From Setoptus koraiensis (lineage: Eukaryota; Animalia; Arthropoda): a DNA stretch of 64,000 nt. Under the pieces are notes generated by a model. The model searched no databases, was not told the origin of the DNA, and was given only the letters and a program-made list of their open reading frames with translations. Shown in pieces: positions 13,948 through 27,429 of this stretch; position 1 is the stretch's first letter; each line of letters begins with the position of its first letter. The stretch is from assembly GCA_048013815.1 (NCBI GenBank), contig CM106586.1:13144001-13208000 (forward strand). The letters are read 5' to 3'. The position numbers and the translations under genes were made by a program.

Positions 13948-16051
13948 GTAATAATAACGCTGATATGGCAAACGGTTGGCCGGCAACAGTCGCCATTGGC
14001 ACTGAATTGGCGATTAATTGTTGGCGCTGCCGCAACGGCCACTGAGAGCAACAATAAGCAACGTCACTGCCGGAGTGACGTCGAATCAAAAGTCGATCCC
14101 TCGAACGCGAACAATTCGAGCGAACAGACACACCGGCGTTAGGCAACTCGGCAAACAAATAAATGAATGCCAACTGCTCAACGAGAAATAATAAGCCACC
14201 GAAAGGTCACTTGTTGCTGTCGGCTGTCGTTTGCTGTTGCTCGTTGTTGTTGGTTGTTGTTGGTTGCTGTTGTTGCTGGTTGTTGCCGTTCGCTGAGCAC
14301 GACAACGCGCAGCAGCCGTATAATTAAATGAAACAAATCAAATGCGTCTGAACGCATCGGCGATAGTCTAGTTAGCGCTCGTTACATAATATGCGCATTA
14401 TTATTATTATCAGTATTATGCTGCGCACAGGTAACAGGTGCGTTCTGTTTGCATGGCCACAAAATCACTGTTGGCCGGGTATGTTTTAAATCATGGTTAG
14501 CGGGCTGTATCGTGTGTGTATTTGTTGATTGGCCCTGTCGTGCGCGAACACACACACAAAAAGAACACAAACAAACAAGCTCGAAATGAAACAATTATTA
14601 CCTTCGACTGACTGATCGCATCACATTGAATTATTAGCTGCGAATTATCGTTATCACTATTCGTTCTTTCCGGCAAATGCCAACACTGACGCTGTTGGCG
14701 CGCCAACAATCAGTCATTCTGTTGCTGTTTGCATTGTTGTTAATTGTGGCCATTGTTTGTCGTCGTCTCGCAATTGTTGCCTGTTGCTGTTGACGTGACG
14801 TCGTTGCTGTCGTTGCTGTTGTTGGCGTCGCTGCTGGGGCGCTCGGCGTGCGAATCCTTTAAAAGCAGCCCATAAATTGCCCATCTGTCTGCCGGCCGAC
14901 AAACAAAGCGACAAACAAAGCGGATAAAAGAAAGCGAGTTCGCTGGCGAGCTGACTGGCTGACTTTTCTTCGCCGGATCGCTGCTCGCCGGGTTGCATTA
15001 TAGGCTAATGTTAATCTGTGGTAATTGTTGTCAGACGATTATTGCAGAACAATTGAATTGAATAGATTCCAATTGAATTGAACTGCGCAATAATTCCATG
15101 GCGTGCCATTCTTTTCTATAAGCCACTCATACCTGTACAGTACATATAATGGCTCGCTAACTCGCTGACTGCAATGCCGAGCCGTCGTCTAATTGATGGC
15201 TTGCCTATTGCGCAACCCTTAATGAATAGCAAACAATGCATGTGTGCGCCTTATCATACAGGCAAGCACCTGTTGTGTTTTGAGCTCACGTTGTGGCCAC
15301 CAGTTTACTCCAGCTGACCCTATACTGGCTAATTGGATTTGGCCGGCTTCAATCGACAATTTTGCTCGCTTTCATTGGGCAGACAACAGGTTGCAAACAA
15401 CGACAACAGCAACAACGACAACAGCAACAACGACAGCAACAGCAACAACAACAGCAACGCCAACGCGGCCTATAAAACGAAAGTGTCACTACAAAATCCA
15501 ACACTCGCTGTGTCGTTTGTGTCGCCCATTATAGCCCATTACGGCCCATTATAGAGGCAACAACTATCGCGACAACAACAACAATGACTGACGCAATACG
15601 ACAACAGCAACCACTGACGCACTAATTTCACTAGCAACAATGCACGCCGTCACATATAGGCACTCATGCCATCAGCGGGCACGCGAGCACGATCTCGCCG
15701 ACAATGGTATGATCTGGCTCACCTGTGCGCAACAACGACACCAATACAGAGACAACTTTGGCCAGTTGTTGTTGCCGTCGTTGCCGTTGTTGCTGTAGTT
15801 GTCGTTGTTGGCCAGTCATTGTTGTCGCTGTTGTTGGCCAGTTGCTGTTGTTGGCCAGTTGCTGTTGCGGGCCAACGGCTGGCACAACAACGGCCGCTGG
15901 TAACAGGTAAAGACGCACGACGCCGATCAACGATTCTCTCGGACAATCAGACAAACTGACCACAACTACAATGGCCGCCACTTGGTGAGAGTTCACCTGT
16001 CACGAATGGCATGCGTGCGAGTAACATTGGCAGCGTCACACAAAGCGCACA

Positions 16052-16086
<35 letters not shown>

Positions 16087-19000
16087 ACGACAACGACAAC
16101 GGCAACAACGACAAGTGCTTGTCAACAACTGTCTGTCACCTGTCGACACACGCTGACAAGCAGTGTCAGTGGACGGGCACACAAGGCAAAACAAAGCGGC
16201 CAATTAAACGGATAAATTGTCACTGATGCAATCGTTTTGTTTATGTTTGTCATGCAAGTTATACAATGTGTGTGCAACTGTGATTGCAACAACTAGCAAA
16301 CAATTCAAACTATTCAATGACAACACACAAACACCGAGCTCTGCCAAGCATCGAGCGGCTCACCTGTGCGCGCCGAGGCCAGTATGCAAATTTTATGCAA
16401 ATGCTGCCTGTGTAGCATTTGCTCTTTGTTGGCCGATTTGTTGCAGCCAACAAAGAGCTGCAACAAATCGATGAATGATGCCAGATATGGCAACGTTTTG
16501 CAATATGTGCTGCTTGGCAATATTGAACGATGTGAACTACTAATGAATATGATCATAAATGATAGAACAGGGCCAATTAATAGCGATGAGCCGGCCGGAC
16601 TCGAGCTGTTTGCGCGGTTGTTGTTGTTGTTGTGCTGTTGTTGTTGCTGTTGCTGTTGCTGTTGCTGTTGCGCGGTTGTTGAGCTGGCACGAAACAGAGC
16701 GAGTCGACTTTTATCGCGTGCACGATTTAATTAGCACCACTAACTATATTATTTATCCATTTGTTATTGTTTGCTGCGCCACCGACAGGTGAGCTGCGGT
16801 GCATTGCGCAAGCGGCCAGTGAACTGGCAAAAGCTGCTTTTTTCGCTTTCGCGCTTTTATCATTTTACCAGTTTGTTGTCGTTGTCAGGTCTCAGGTAGC
16901 CGGTGCTAGCCGTGCTTTGGATCGAGTTGCTCATTGCGAGAGGCCAACTGTTGGCCAGATACGCACATGGGATCAGCGGCGAGCCGTATCATGCGAGCCG
17001 CGTATGCGAGATCATTAGGCGCATGAGAGCAACGACAGCAGCAAATGGATTGCAATCAAATATCAAAATTGTGGCAAAACGGCAATTGCTGGAAATAATA
17101 GAAAAGAACAGAGAGCGCCAATGGGCAACGAACGGACGGAATTTGCAATTTGCAATTGGAAATAAAACAAAACACTTGTGGCGTCTCTGATTTCAGCTCG
17201 CCGGCCGCCACTAACGCCACCGGCCGGCCGCCACTAACGCCACTGGCCGGCAACACGGCGGCAACGGGCGGCGCTGGTGGCCTAACCTAGATCTTATCTA
17301 ATTAGATTAATGGCGGCCGGCGACCAACAGCAGCAGCGGCCAATAAAATAAAGGCTGTTGGCTCGAGCCGGTCGCAGCGATGAATTGATTGTTGCGAGCA
17401 GCAACGAGCCAGCCAGCCAAAGAGGCAGCCAGCCAAAGAGGCAGCCAGCCAACAGAGGCAGCCAGCGAAAAGAATTTAAAGAAAAGAATGCCCGATCCAA
17501 CAATAAATGCCAATTCTTTTTGGCTCATCGATTGCGTGTGCCATTGCGCTGAGTGGCTCGCAATGGCGAAATCAATTTGCGATAACGTCAGCCGATCGTG
17601 TTGGGCAGGCCGCCTACGTTACATTGTGGCCGGCGGTGGCCGGTTGAGGCCGACGCTTGTGGCTGCCAACCACAAACAACAACCACAAACAACAACCACA
17701 AACAACAACAATCGAGTGTTGATTTTATCTGCCCGGTGCGCCCTATCAACGGCACCGACGCCATCTGATTCACCTGTGATAACAAATAAATATCCATCTT
17801 ATAAATAAATATCCATCTAATAAATAAATATCCATCTAATAAATAAATATGAGAGCGCGCTCAATTGATTTGGCGTCTTATCTGCGTCTCATCTCGTCTC
17901 GTCGTTATTCAACATTTGGCAGCAGCAGCAGCATTTTTTGCGCGCAACCGACACTAATCTCGTTAACCTTGCTAACTGTCTTTTGTTTGCCATTGATTTG
18001 CGCCGATTGCGTCATTGCTGTTGCTGTTGCTGTTGCCAGTGTTTTGCATATCATCATTTTGTTGCAATACATTGAAACAACACAAACGAAATATCAACAT
18101 TTACATATAACCCGGCTTGTTGCGCCACAAGTCAACCGCAACCACCGGCCACACATATCAACGGGCTGCAACAGGTGAACAGGCTAATCTCCCGCGCCGA
18201 TCTAATCTGCTTCTATATCTGCACCGCATCTATACCGCCGATGTGTTCGGGCCGGCCCGTCCGTTTGTTTGTTTGTTTGCGCTTATGCCCGCTTTGTATG
18301 ACGCAACATGAGCAACAATAAAACAAAACAGATAAATAGAAATAAAACAATATAAAATCGTTTCATCATGCCTTGTTTGTGTGTCGTGTGCGTATCATGC
18401 GCACATCATGAGCCCGACAACAATGATTGCAAACAATAATACAAACACACACACCATCAATAGACCAACGAGATCGCTAGATATATATTAGAGATATAGA
18501 TTGACCACACGCCGTGGTGGCCATTGATTTCGGCCACCAATCGGCACACAATGGCGCCCGAAATCAATGCCGCCGCCAGTGTCGACCTTTGCCCGGCCAC
18601 CAGTTGCCATCAGCTGATGGTCAGCCGATGGTCAGCCGGCGTTCGGTTGGCTCGCTCGGCTCGGCTCGGTTGGTTGGTGTGAGGCGCGCTTGTCAGTGAC
18701 TTGATTTATGATCTCATTTTTGTTTATCGCGCACACACTGTTTATTCCATTCATGCTGCCGTGCAAATTTAAAGTTGAATTCGAATTTGGATTTGAAAAT
18801 AAATTTAAATTTAAATTCGAATTTACATGCAACGACAAGGATGTTGGCGCGGTGATGCAACTTTGCAACAACAATGACTCATGCAATCGCTTGCTCGTTT
18901 AATCAACTTTTGCTGATGAACAAAACGCCGGCCAACAAACGATGCAACGCGGCGCGCACGTCACGAGACAAGTGGCAAGTGGTTTTAATTGGAAGCACGC

Positions 19001-22000
19001 GCTCATTGGTTGCGTGCTTGCTCGCCTTGCTGACCAGTGCCGCTCACCTGTGCTGCTTGCCCCGCTCACCTGTGCCGATTGCCATGGTTACCTGTGCCGT
19101 CTGACAACAATTGTGAGCAGTGCTTCTGACAGGCTATTTAGCAGGGCGACTTTCGCTCGAGTTCGGTTAGCACGCGCTAACTGAACGATGGCACGATGAT
19201 GATTACGCAATCAATCATCATTGGCTCGTCATCGCCGGCTCGTGCGCATTCGCACACACACACACACACTGCTCGTGATTGCACAAGCACTGAGCACCGA
19301 GCACCGAGCAAACGGGCGCCAACAGGTGAGGTGCGCATAAACAAACGCCAACGATTGCGCAAGCCGCCGACGATGCCCGTGAGGTTGCCCAGCAACCGTT
19401 GCTGTGATTGCCGATTGCGACCATTCACTGGCCACTGGTCATTGGTCGGCCGGTCAGCTGTTGATGCGACGAGGCTGTCGATGCAAATTGGCCAGCGGTC
19501 ACAATTAGGCAAAGTGTGTGTGTGTGTGTGTGTTGGTCAGTATCTCGTTTGTTCTCATGGCATGATCATACGTTCACCTGAGCTTGTCGTTCTCATCTTC
19601 ATGAGCGCCCAGCCGACAGCAAGTGCGCATCGCATGGCTTCGCGTGGCATCATGAGGCATACGGCACAGGTGAGCGGCTGGAGCGAACGAGGTGGCACTG
19701 CGCGCCAACAAGTGTGGCGAGCTCAACAAGAGCGGCCAGTGGACAACAACAATGCCCATGATGAGCAAAGTGATCATAACACGATAATGCGATAATTCAT
19801 AATTTTAGTGCCAACTGGGCACAATGCCAAGCGCAAATGGCGCCCGGCTAAAAAGGTATTGAGTTGGCAAATTAGAGCTCATCGGCTGTCGTATTGTTGC
19901 CCGGCTATCGATCTTGTTGTTGTCGAGGGTTGTTGCTGTCGCTGTTGTTGTTGCTGTTGTTGTTGTCGGATTTTGTTGTGCATTTAAATCGATTCGTTTG
20001 CCGCAATTGGCCGGCCGGCCGGCCATTTCATTTGAATGCTGAATGGCCCAAAGTGACTTACTTACGCATCATGACCAACAACAACAACAACAGCAACAGC
20101 GGCAACAACTCATACCGCTGCTAGCAGGCCCATCAACGACCGGCCAGAAACGTGACTAAACGTGACCATCGTGCCAGGCTCGCACAATGGCTCCGCAATC
20201 TCGGCACAGCCGGACAATGTCCATTCTGTCCGTTGTGGGCAGTGGCCGCTCGCGGCCAACAGCAACGCCGGTGAACGAAGAGTGCCCAATGAACAAATGA
20301 GTTTCTGCTGCCCAATGTTCCCATTGACCGAGCCGAGCCAACAGCCACCATTTCGGCCCATATTCACTATATATTCACTATATATCTTGCGCACACATAT
20401 ATAAATATATGTGTGCGCAATATATATATAAATATAAATGGCGCAACAAGTTCGCACAGGTGAGCTGATTGCGCTTGAAGCGATCGGCGTGGCGACAGCG
20501 CCGCTCGTCGGCACTTTGCATCGGCTGTCGTCGCTGCCGGGCCGGCTATGCAAAGTGCAAAACGATCTCGGCTTGCGCCAACTCGCATTGTAATCGCCGG
20601 CATTGCATTGGCCGGCCAGCCGATTGAAGCGATGATTGGCCGACAACGAGCGCTCATGATGATGATGTTGCAAACAGACAGACGGACAAACAATATCATC
20701 GAGTCCATCACTCATCCCGAGCAGCGTTGTCAGAGTGGCAGTTCGAAGCGGCGCATATCATTCGCTGGGCGGCCAGCCGGACGTTCGGACGCTCGGTGCG
20801 CACAGGTGAGCTGTTTGTTGGGACGTTGGGCCGTTCGAGCAAACAGTCGCATATTCGCACGCTCGGACAGTTCGACGTTCGCGGGCTCGAACGTTTGCGG
20901 GTTCGAACGCTCGACCGCATTGTGTTCGAAAGCGCACACTAGACTCGAGTGGCCGCTCAGAGCGCAATGCGAGGCCCAGCTTCGGGCGTGAGGGGCCGCT
21001 GCTGGTGCGAGGCACCGGCTCGAAAGTGGTGCACTGCTCGCTCACCTGGGCGAGCTGCGCGCAGTGCCACGCTCTGTGCAGAGCGCGCACAGAGCGCGGC
21101 GCATGGCGCGAAGGGAGCCTCGTTTGTCGGTTGCTTGCCGGTTGTTTGTTGGTTGGCCGGCCGGCCGATCCCACCAGCCAACCGGCCGCTCGTCTGGTGC
21201 TCCGGCCACAAGATGTGCAGCTCGCAGCGAGATATCCCGAGATAGCCCGACAGCGCAAGTGGAGACTGTTCGCGGATTGCGAGCGCCTTGTCCGGCCCGA
21301 CGAACGGCAAAGTCGAGCAACAACTCAATAGACGAACAGAGACAGAGAGAGAGAGAGAGGGCCAATCAATCGTTGCGATTGATCGCGCCATCGAGACAAA
21401 ACAAACAATCAATTAACGATCGTGCCTGCGACTGGCGACTCGCCGATGCAAATGCCCGCTCGCAAACGGCGACGCCAATGACGCAAGCGACGCCAATGAC
21501 GCAAACGATGCCAATGATGCAAATGACGCCGATAACACCAATGGCGGCCAACGGCGGCCAATGTGCAGCCTCGTCGAGTTATTGTTTTGCCAGTGGTAAG
21601 TAAATTGAAATTGCTTGTTGGTTGTTGAAAAAGTTTGTTCGTTGCAGCTCATTATTGCCGGCCGCTGGCCCATACCACTCAACTGTTGACCACCACAACA
21701 ACCGGTCAGCAACGACCGCGCAACAACCGACCGACCAGCCAGCAAGCAATTTTGTGAGGCAAGCAAAGTTACGTAATTGATGAAGATTTCGTCAGCGTTA
21801 ATTCAACGCACTGCAGTGCAGCGTTTTTGAATTTTGAACACATGACGCAAAACTCAAACTACAATTGGCATGCCAATTGCCGGCCCAGTTCGACAGCGAC
21901 ACAAGTGGGAACGTTGCCCAAACTGGATCATACAATACAATGCAAACTCGGTCTTGATCGCTCGTATGCAAACTCGTATGCATCGCATATTATACTGGAC

Positions 22001-22831
22001 GGCGACCAAAGACAAGACTCGTCCATTATCAAAAGGGCTCTTGATACAATTGACTCGAACAACAAGCATCGAAAATAACAATAATACTAATAATAATAAT
22101 AGTAAAATGAAAAGATTCCCTTTGTTGTTACGTAATAACTTTGCATAAACAACAACAACAACAACAATCCCACATGTGTTTGCAAAAGCCGCTAATATAT
22201 GCATAATTAGTCATGCTCTTGTTTGTTGTTCTGGCCGCTCGCCAGTCTGGGTCTGGGCTATTGTTGGCCTGTGTTGCAGGGTCTGGCTGAATGTCCGGCC
22301 AGAAAATAGAAACAAATTTGCTGCAAAGTTGCGCAAAAGTTCACTGAGAAAAATAAAGCGAGAGAGAATTATTGTAATGAATTTAAAAGAAATGAAATGA
22401 AATAATGATAATTCGAATAATGAAAATAATAACGCTGTTGCTGTTGTTGCAAATTTTAAATTTCTACTTGTTATTATTATCACTATTATTGTTATTATTT
22501 AATGCACGCATTGCCAATCACGGCCAGAGAGCCCAGCCTAAAAATTGACCAAATCACTGTTGTTGTTGCTGGCGCTGCCGGACTGGCAGCCATTAGACTG
22601 TTCCGACGATGCCGATGCGTTCGGTTCGGCTCGGCTCGGCTCGGTCTGCCGGAGGAACAATGGACACTAACAACTGCAATAAAACAACGAGAGCACGAAC
22701 GAGAATAACTTGGGCCGACTCACTCGATCGAAATCAACAGGTTCTCGGCAGCCAGCCGGTCGCATCATGAGCCGGCCAAGGTAACAATTAACAAATCTCA
22801 CAAATCTCACCGGCCAAACGAGCCGAGTAGT

Positions 22832-22843
22832 TATATATAAAAG
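22832..22843 (+). promoter_or_regulatory. Candidate TATA box (TATATATAAAAG)
   Basis: Consensus TATA in GC-rich flanks, followed by A/C-rich leader-like sequence; no downstream ORF identified. Confidence 0.3.
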
Positions 22844-25800
22844 GGGCTTCAGGTTGTCTGGCCGGCGAGAATGTGCTGCGTGGTCGAATTGAATAACAAT
22901 TGAACTGGAACAAACGCGCAAACAAAAACATTGTCGAGATCATCATTAATTATAATCATTAATTATCATCGCGCACACAAATAATATCAAAATTAATAAT
23001 ATCTCACACTTGTTGCGCCTACTTCACTTCCGTGGATCACACGTCTGCTTCTATTTAGAACACACTACTTATCGGAGCAGTCGCTCGCCAGATAAACACT
23101 TGCGCTGATGACTTGTCATTGTTGCGCTCACAAACACTGTTGTAATAGGCAGTGATCGGCAACAGGTGATTACAAACACACCTAATGCAGGCATTATGTT
23201 TTTAGACAAGCCGTTTACACAAGACGACGGGATCGAGTTACTGTTGTGCAAACGCTGGCACCTCTAACAACAACTCTCAACTCTCGCGCTAACTCTGACA
23301 CCAATCGCTTTTATCAGAGAGACAAATCTCATTATTAATTTGTCGGTAATCATCTCATTATTATCATGCGATATTATATTTCACAGAGACTATGTGTGTA
23401 AAATCAATTATTCGTTACACACACACTTGTCTATGATTAGATATGATTTAGAGTCAGCTGTTGATCAGCTCGCAATCATCGACAATCACAAGCGCCAAAA
23501 TATAGGCGCATTTCATGTGAATTGTGATGTGATATTGTGTGAGGATTATAAGCAGAGATAGACAATGTTTACACCGATTCTATCGTTGTCTATAGCTAAT
23601 GCTCAATCGCACAGCGTGCTGATTATCGCGTCATTATTATGTAATTGCATGTAGCGTATTGTGTAACGACACTCACCTGCATACAGTGTTTGCTGGTTGT
23701 TGGGGCCCTTGCTGCTGTTTGAATGTCAATTGGTCGATTGATGTCGAATCACAAACAATAGTTGTTGCGTAATGTGGTCTGTTTGAGGCTTGTTTGATGC
23801 AAACATGTAGACGCTTAACGGTTAACTGTGCTTCTTCGGGCTGATGCAAACAGAGAATCTTGTTCAAGGTCCCCCCCAAGTATCTCCAATTAACAGCGGC
23901 TCACTGAACTGCCTGACAAATAACATGCACGATATAGATATAAATTCATGATAGGCGGCGTGTTGATTAGGTTTGTGTTGAGGTAAATTGTAGCGATTTG
24001 CGGTGATAGTTTGCCTACGATGGAACACTGATGATGCTTTTAATGTGTCAACTATTGGCGCACTTGAACTGTTGTTGTTGTTGTTGTTGTGGTTGTTATT
24101 GGTGTTGTTGTCGTTGTTGTTGTTGTCGGTGTTGTTGTTGTTGTTGTTGTTGTGTGTTGCTTACCAATTGCATTGTCAGCAATAGACAACAGAAAATAGA
24201 CACAGGCACGCAAAACACGCTTAATGACCGACAACTTCAATTGATTGGTGGTTGACGTTCAACGCGTTCGCTATTCGCATGTGATTAGATAAGATATAAA
24301 ATGCAAACAAGTCTCAATAGTGGTAACAGTTGCAGAGAAGCCAATGCAAACAAAATACGGCCACCACATCAGTTATTATCATTCACTGCTATTTATACCC
24401 GCTGCTAGTTGTGTCTATAATATCTCTATAAAATGTGTCGAATTACAATGCTTGTGCGTGGATTAAAATTAATAATAATTTACAATCTATTTCTCTCTGT
24501 GCGTACGTTTGTATGTGTTCACAACTATCTCCACAAACATATCGACAAACATATCGACAAACATATCCACTTGTCTTATCCATTCAACTGTTCCCGCTAC
24601 TCTGTGTGATTGTAGCATTGGCTCTGCAGCGACGATCAGCGCAACCCTGGAAACAAATCGCCAGCAAAATTATATTGTTGATTTTCACCTGTTGCGCATG
24701 CGTGCTAGCTCAGGTGAGGGTGGACTTGACTCGGGCTTGACTGTCAATGAGTGAGCGAATGCACTTGTTGTTTTCCACAGGTGAAGCTGCCTGACAACAA
24801 GCACCAAAGTCACAAGGAACAAGGAACAAGCAAACAAACAATTCTTCGAAACGCGCCAACACTGACGACAACACTGACACAAATTGTCTGCCTTGCTGCT
24901 CTGTTGTCTGTTCCAGGCGACAGGTCGCATTCTTTTGACCGCTGATTGTCTCGCCGATCGCTGCCGATTGTTGCGACAATCCTCTTTTGCAGTGCTGGCC
25001 CAAAGCAAGGCCAAGGGCATTTGACTTGATTCCATCGGAACCAAAATCGACAGTCGCCAACACTGATGGCCGCCTCATACCCGACAAGCTATGTCAGCCA
25101 CCAATCTGTGGCATCAGTTTCATATAAGGCATACAACAATCATACATCAAGTCATACATCAATCATGATATGTTCTCAAACACAAGTTGGTGTAAAAAAG
25201 TCGCTAGACATTGGGACAGACTCACTTGTAAAACAACACACAAATTTTGATCAAGAGTCTGACACAAAAAAATGACAATGACATTTATTGAAAACAATCA
25301 TAAATTAATCAGTTGTTAAACCTGTAACAATCGTACGCCAGGTTCATCACCTATATGTCATCATTGTGACTATTTGTGACTAGTTGTCGTCGTTTCTATG
25401 TAACACAAACGTTACTTTTTCGTTGTTTTAGTCATTCTCTTTTCATCATTATTTCTTTTTCAACTTGTTTTCGTTGCTGGTCCACGCTATAGTAGCAAAG
25501 GCGATCACTATCACCTAGACCGCAGTCATCCAATGTGACAATTGTAAACATGTCCAAATCCATATTTCATTTGCAACACAGTACCAAGCAAATGCTCATT
25601 GCCACTACATAACCATTTGTCTCATCAAACATTATTTGTTGTTTGTCCTTAGTCGATTGGGTGATTTGTTGATTGTGTGGTTGCCAATGACAAATTTCAT
25701 TCACAATGCTGATGTAACATTAACACGTTTCCTACACGACAATAACCTTGAAACTCACCTTCTCTGGCGAGTTTCAGACCCAAAGTTTGCAAAATATTTC

Positions 25801-26453
25801 AATCAATTACGATGTGATGGTTTGTTGGTGACAGTCCATACACAAAACACAACAAGAAGAAACGAAAAGATTAACGCGGTTGCAACTTGCATCCAGGTAA
25901 CTTACACTTTCTATCATTCTGTTCAAGCAGTATCTGAGGCTTCGATTGGCCCAGTGTTGAGATGTGTCCAGAACAGTTGTACTTTGTTGTTGATCGCTAA
26001 CGTCAGCAACAGCATGCCGATCAACTAGATAATAGTAATTGGGCAATTGTTTGTTTGTAATCTTGATTGAAAAATGACTAATTGTTCGTAATGAAATAAG
26101 CCTGTTGAGCATCAGTGTGCTTGTGAGCAAAATAACATTCTTATCGACGTTAGTAACATCTTAATCATCACCGATAACCACAATGGCAATAGATCCGATC
26201 GCCTATCTAGATCAACCAATTTCACGTCTTGTTCATCATGTACTATGGCGCTTGGTGTTTATCATCATACTCTCGGCTCACCATTGTTGGGATGCTCTCA
26301 ATCATCAACAAATATTTTGTGCGAAGTATGCATCGACGACCATGAGAACAATGAGAAAAGCAATTCGTATGTGATCTAAATCAATGAACTAATAATAAAA
26401 ACAAAATCAATTTGGTCTATCTAAGTCAGAACCACTCAATTGGTAGTATCATC

Positions 26454-27099
26454 ATGTCTAACTATGCATTCGAGGATTCTATAATTTATACAAATGAGCA
26501 ACCCAAGTAAGTATCCACCGATAGAATAGTGCTGAGTAGCTAACTCAAGAACTTTATGAAGGCTAAACTAATACGCCATCCTTTGTTTCCTCTTGTTTAG
26601 TACTGTCTACGAGAAAATCTTGGCTTTCAAACAATTGCTATTCAGCAAAACTAGATTGGAATTCAGACTGATCTGGAGAAGGATCTTCCAAACTGACGAT
26701 CAAGAGGTCGAATGGTTACTAGACCCGCGCAGGTCAGAGCACGAGGCCAATCTTTTGGCCTCTTTCAATCGCAACTACGAAGAAGGATACCAGTATAACT
26801 ATGATACAGTCAGTTCAAGTTTGGGCCGCGAAAGAGTCACCATTTATAACAGAGGCTTGGCGAAGAAGGCCGATCTGAGGAAGCAGAAGCCGGCTAAGGC
26901 AACATTTAAAGAGACTGTCATTAGGACGGCGAGAGACATGGGAATGGGCGTCCAAATGTGCTCCAGCATGACCAATCATCTTGCTTTTCCGGCTCCCTAT
27001 CTATATGCACCCTTTTCTAGCAGTCAGCAACTATTTGACGCCACTCTAGAGGGAAGAAATATGTATGATTCTAGCGCCTTGGCAATGAAAGTGTGGTAG
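26454..27099 (+). CDS. Hypothetical protein, 183 aa, 2 exons (26454-26506, 26601-27099)
   Basis: ATG at 26454; donor AA|GTAAGT; 94-nt intron ending in a pyrimidine tract ...TTGTTTAG. The splice phase joins in frame (AA|T = Asn) to the 168-aa ORF. No family recognised. Confidence 0.7.
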
Positions 27100-27168
27100 A
27101 ATATTTGATAACTAGTATTTTTTTGTTTTAATATTAGAAATTAAATCCATCTACTACGACTACTACTT

Positions 27169-27429
27169 CTATTCCTGGGTCACTCCTCTATTTCGCTGCT
27201 GAAATCTATTAGCCATGAACTCGGTAGTGTCCAAATACCTATTGACACAATTGCTTAGGCATGTCTCCACTTTTCCTTCGAACTTGGGAGAAATTTTATC
27301 CACACATTTAGCAAAACAAATTCTGTTGAGTACCCTGATTTGGTTGGAGATTTGAGCACGAATCTGTTCCCCTTCGATTATTTCTTTGATCTCTGGGTCA
27401 ATTTTGTCTTCTATTGAATTGAGGTCCAT
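27169..27429 (-). CDS. TIMM8: Mitochondrial intermembrane small Tim chaperone Tim8, intronless
   Basis: Twin CX3C motif (CFAKC...CLSNC) and VNRYLDTT resembling Tim8 VERFIDTS. First ATG at 27429. Confidence 0.9.
   Translation of the reverse strand: MDLNSIEDKIDPEIKEIIEGEQIRAQISNQIRVLNRICFAKCVDKISPKFEGKVETCLSNCVNRYLDTTEFMANRFQQRNRGVTQE

Noticed and set aside
9557-24790. ACAGGTGAG motifs as recursive splice sites (AG|GT)
   Set aside because: They occur on both strands and, except at ~24777, lack an upstream pyrimidine tract.
23673-25087. Minus-strand ORFs 23673-23879, 24685-25044 and 24710-25087, and a plus-strand exon candidate at 24781
   Set aside because: Isolated splice-like signals could not be joined into an open gene model; no recognisable protein.
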